Shown: positions 62,705-64,000 of the stretch, one piece after another
Layout of the letters: each line of letters opens with the position of its first letter
Numbering within the stretch: the first letter of the stretch is position 1
NCBI RefSeq assembly: GCF_006345805.1
Contig: NC_043006.1
Span: forward strand, 85,932,001 to 85,996,000
From: Octopus sinensis
Lineage: Eukaryota
Reading direction: 5' to 3'
Length of the DNA: 64,000 bases
Translations under genes and position numbers: made by a program
Notes under the pieces: model-generated
Databases searched by the model: none
What the model was told of the DNA's origin: nothing
What the model saw: only the letters and a program-made list of their open reading frames with translations

Positions 62705-63200
62705 TTGTATGTGTGAGTGTATGTATGTATGTATGTATGTATGTATGTATGTATGTATGTATGTATGCATGTATGCATGTATGCATGATGTATGTATGTG
62801 TGTGTGTGTGTATGTATGTATGTGTGTGTGTATGTATGTGTGTGTGTATGTATGTATGTATGTGTGTGTATGTATGTATGTATGTGTGTGTATATATGTA
62901 TGTATGTATGTGTGTGTGTATATATGTATGTATGTATGTATGTGTGTGTATGTATGTATGTATGTATGTGTGTATGTATGTATGTATGTATGTGTGTGTG
63001 TTTGTATATGTGTATGTATGTGTGTTTGTATGTGTGTATGTATGTGTGTTTGTATGTGTGTCAGTGCAAGTATGCAAGTGAATGTTTGTGCATGTTGTGT
63101 ATAGATATGCATGTATATATGTATGTATATTTGTATGTGCATATGTATCTATATATGTATGTGTGTATATTATGTATGTATGTATGTATGTATATACGTA
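62705..63200. repeat. (GTAT/GT)n compound microsatellite
   Basis: Read directly from the sequence. Confidence 0.95.
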
Positions 63201-63289
63201 TATTAACTGAAGTACAGTTGAAATATAGGCACAAAATTCATGCAAGATAAAAAAAAAACTACCATTTTAAATTAAAATCTAATCTACAG

Positions 63290-63620
63290 TCATCAGGAGT
63301 GTCATGGAGACATCATCATTGCCATCATCAGAGCTGTCGTTGCCATTGTTGCTCTTATCATCATCACTGCCATCATCATCATTGCTGTCATCATTGTAGT
63401 TGTCATCATCATCATCATCAACACCATCATTGTTGTCATCATCATCATTGTCATCATCAGAATTGTAGTTGTTGTCATCATCATTGTCATTATCATCATC
63501 ATCATCATCGTCGCCATCGGCATCGTCGTCATCGTCATCGTCATCGTCATCATCATCATCATCAATATCATGGAAATAATTATCACCACAATCATCATTC
63601 ATCACCTTAACTGTAATCAT
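63290..63620. repeat. Degenerate (CAT)n tract
   Basis: Read directly from the sequence. Confidence 0.95.
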
Positions 63621-64000
63621 TGTTGCCACTAGCATAAATGTTACAATGTAAAAAAGAAAAGAGAGTAAGAGGGAGTAATAGAGAAAGGGAGAGGGGGAGA
63701 GAAAGAGAGAGAAAGAGAAAAAGACAGAGAGAGAAAGTGCAACTTCAATATTTTCTCCCCACCCCCTTTTGCCTTAGCACTTCATAAGTTTGTAATTTTA
63801 TAACATTTCGTGAACTTCCTGTCAAAAATATGCTGATAACCAGGTCAGGAAATTTAATGACTTTATGTCAGTATGATTTGGCACCAGTATATCTGCCCTA
63901 TTGTTTTATGGTAGCACCAGCTGGACACAAAGAATCAATTTACAAAACTTAGAGCTAATTGCTTATTAAGGCAAATGTTGAAATACAGCACCATCTTAAA

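Noticed and set aside
62580-63635. Long ORFs of 100-220 aa (HTYI, VCMY, poly-Asp, poly-His)
   Set aside because: They are microsatellite artefacts, open in several frames at once.
1-64000. CRISPR arrays, operons or other prokaryotic systems
   Set aside because: The sequence is eukaryotic with spliceosomal introns. The repeats are SINEs and microsatellites, not regularly spaced repeat-spacer arrays.

Overview
AT-rich, repeat-dense eukaryotic (animal) genomic DNA. The SINE, LINE and microsatellite families match those I recall from octopod cephalopods; that taxon call is an inference. The only host coding sequence I can support is the first three coding exons of a minus-strand Shc adaptor gene encoding the PTB-domain N-terminus (9674-9525, 7640-7570, 5076-5016). 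All have canonical splice sites and consistent phases, and the remaining exons lie left of the window. A CpG-retaining region at about 38-42.8 kb probably holds its promoter, implying a first intron of about 30 kb. The rest is transposon-derived: a young 5'-truncated CR1-type LINE with a 6-bp TSD and one nonsense codon, a decayed full-length mariner, RTE, CR1 and R4/Dong-type LINE fragments, Penelope-like (PLE) fragments, Helentron-like and piggyBac-like non-autonomous elements, and many tRNA-type SINEs. The most interesting unannotated signal is a set of hammerhead-ribozyme-like motifs. Three share the layout CUGAUGA-A-[long stem II]-R-GAAA-CAG(C/U)UGU-H with unrelated but correctly pairing stems. 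Several others sit in the arms of inverted-repeat PLE remnants. Nearly all entries in the ORF track are microsatellite or repeat artefacts. All structures were read by eye; nothing was folded, aligned or searched computationally.
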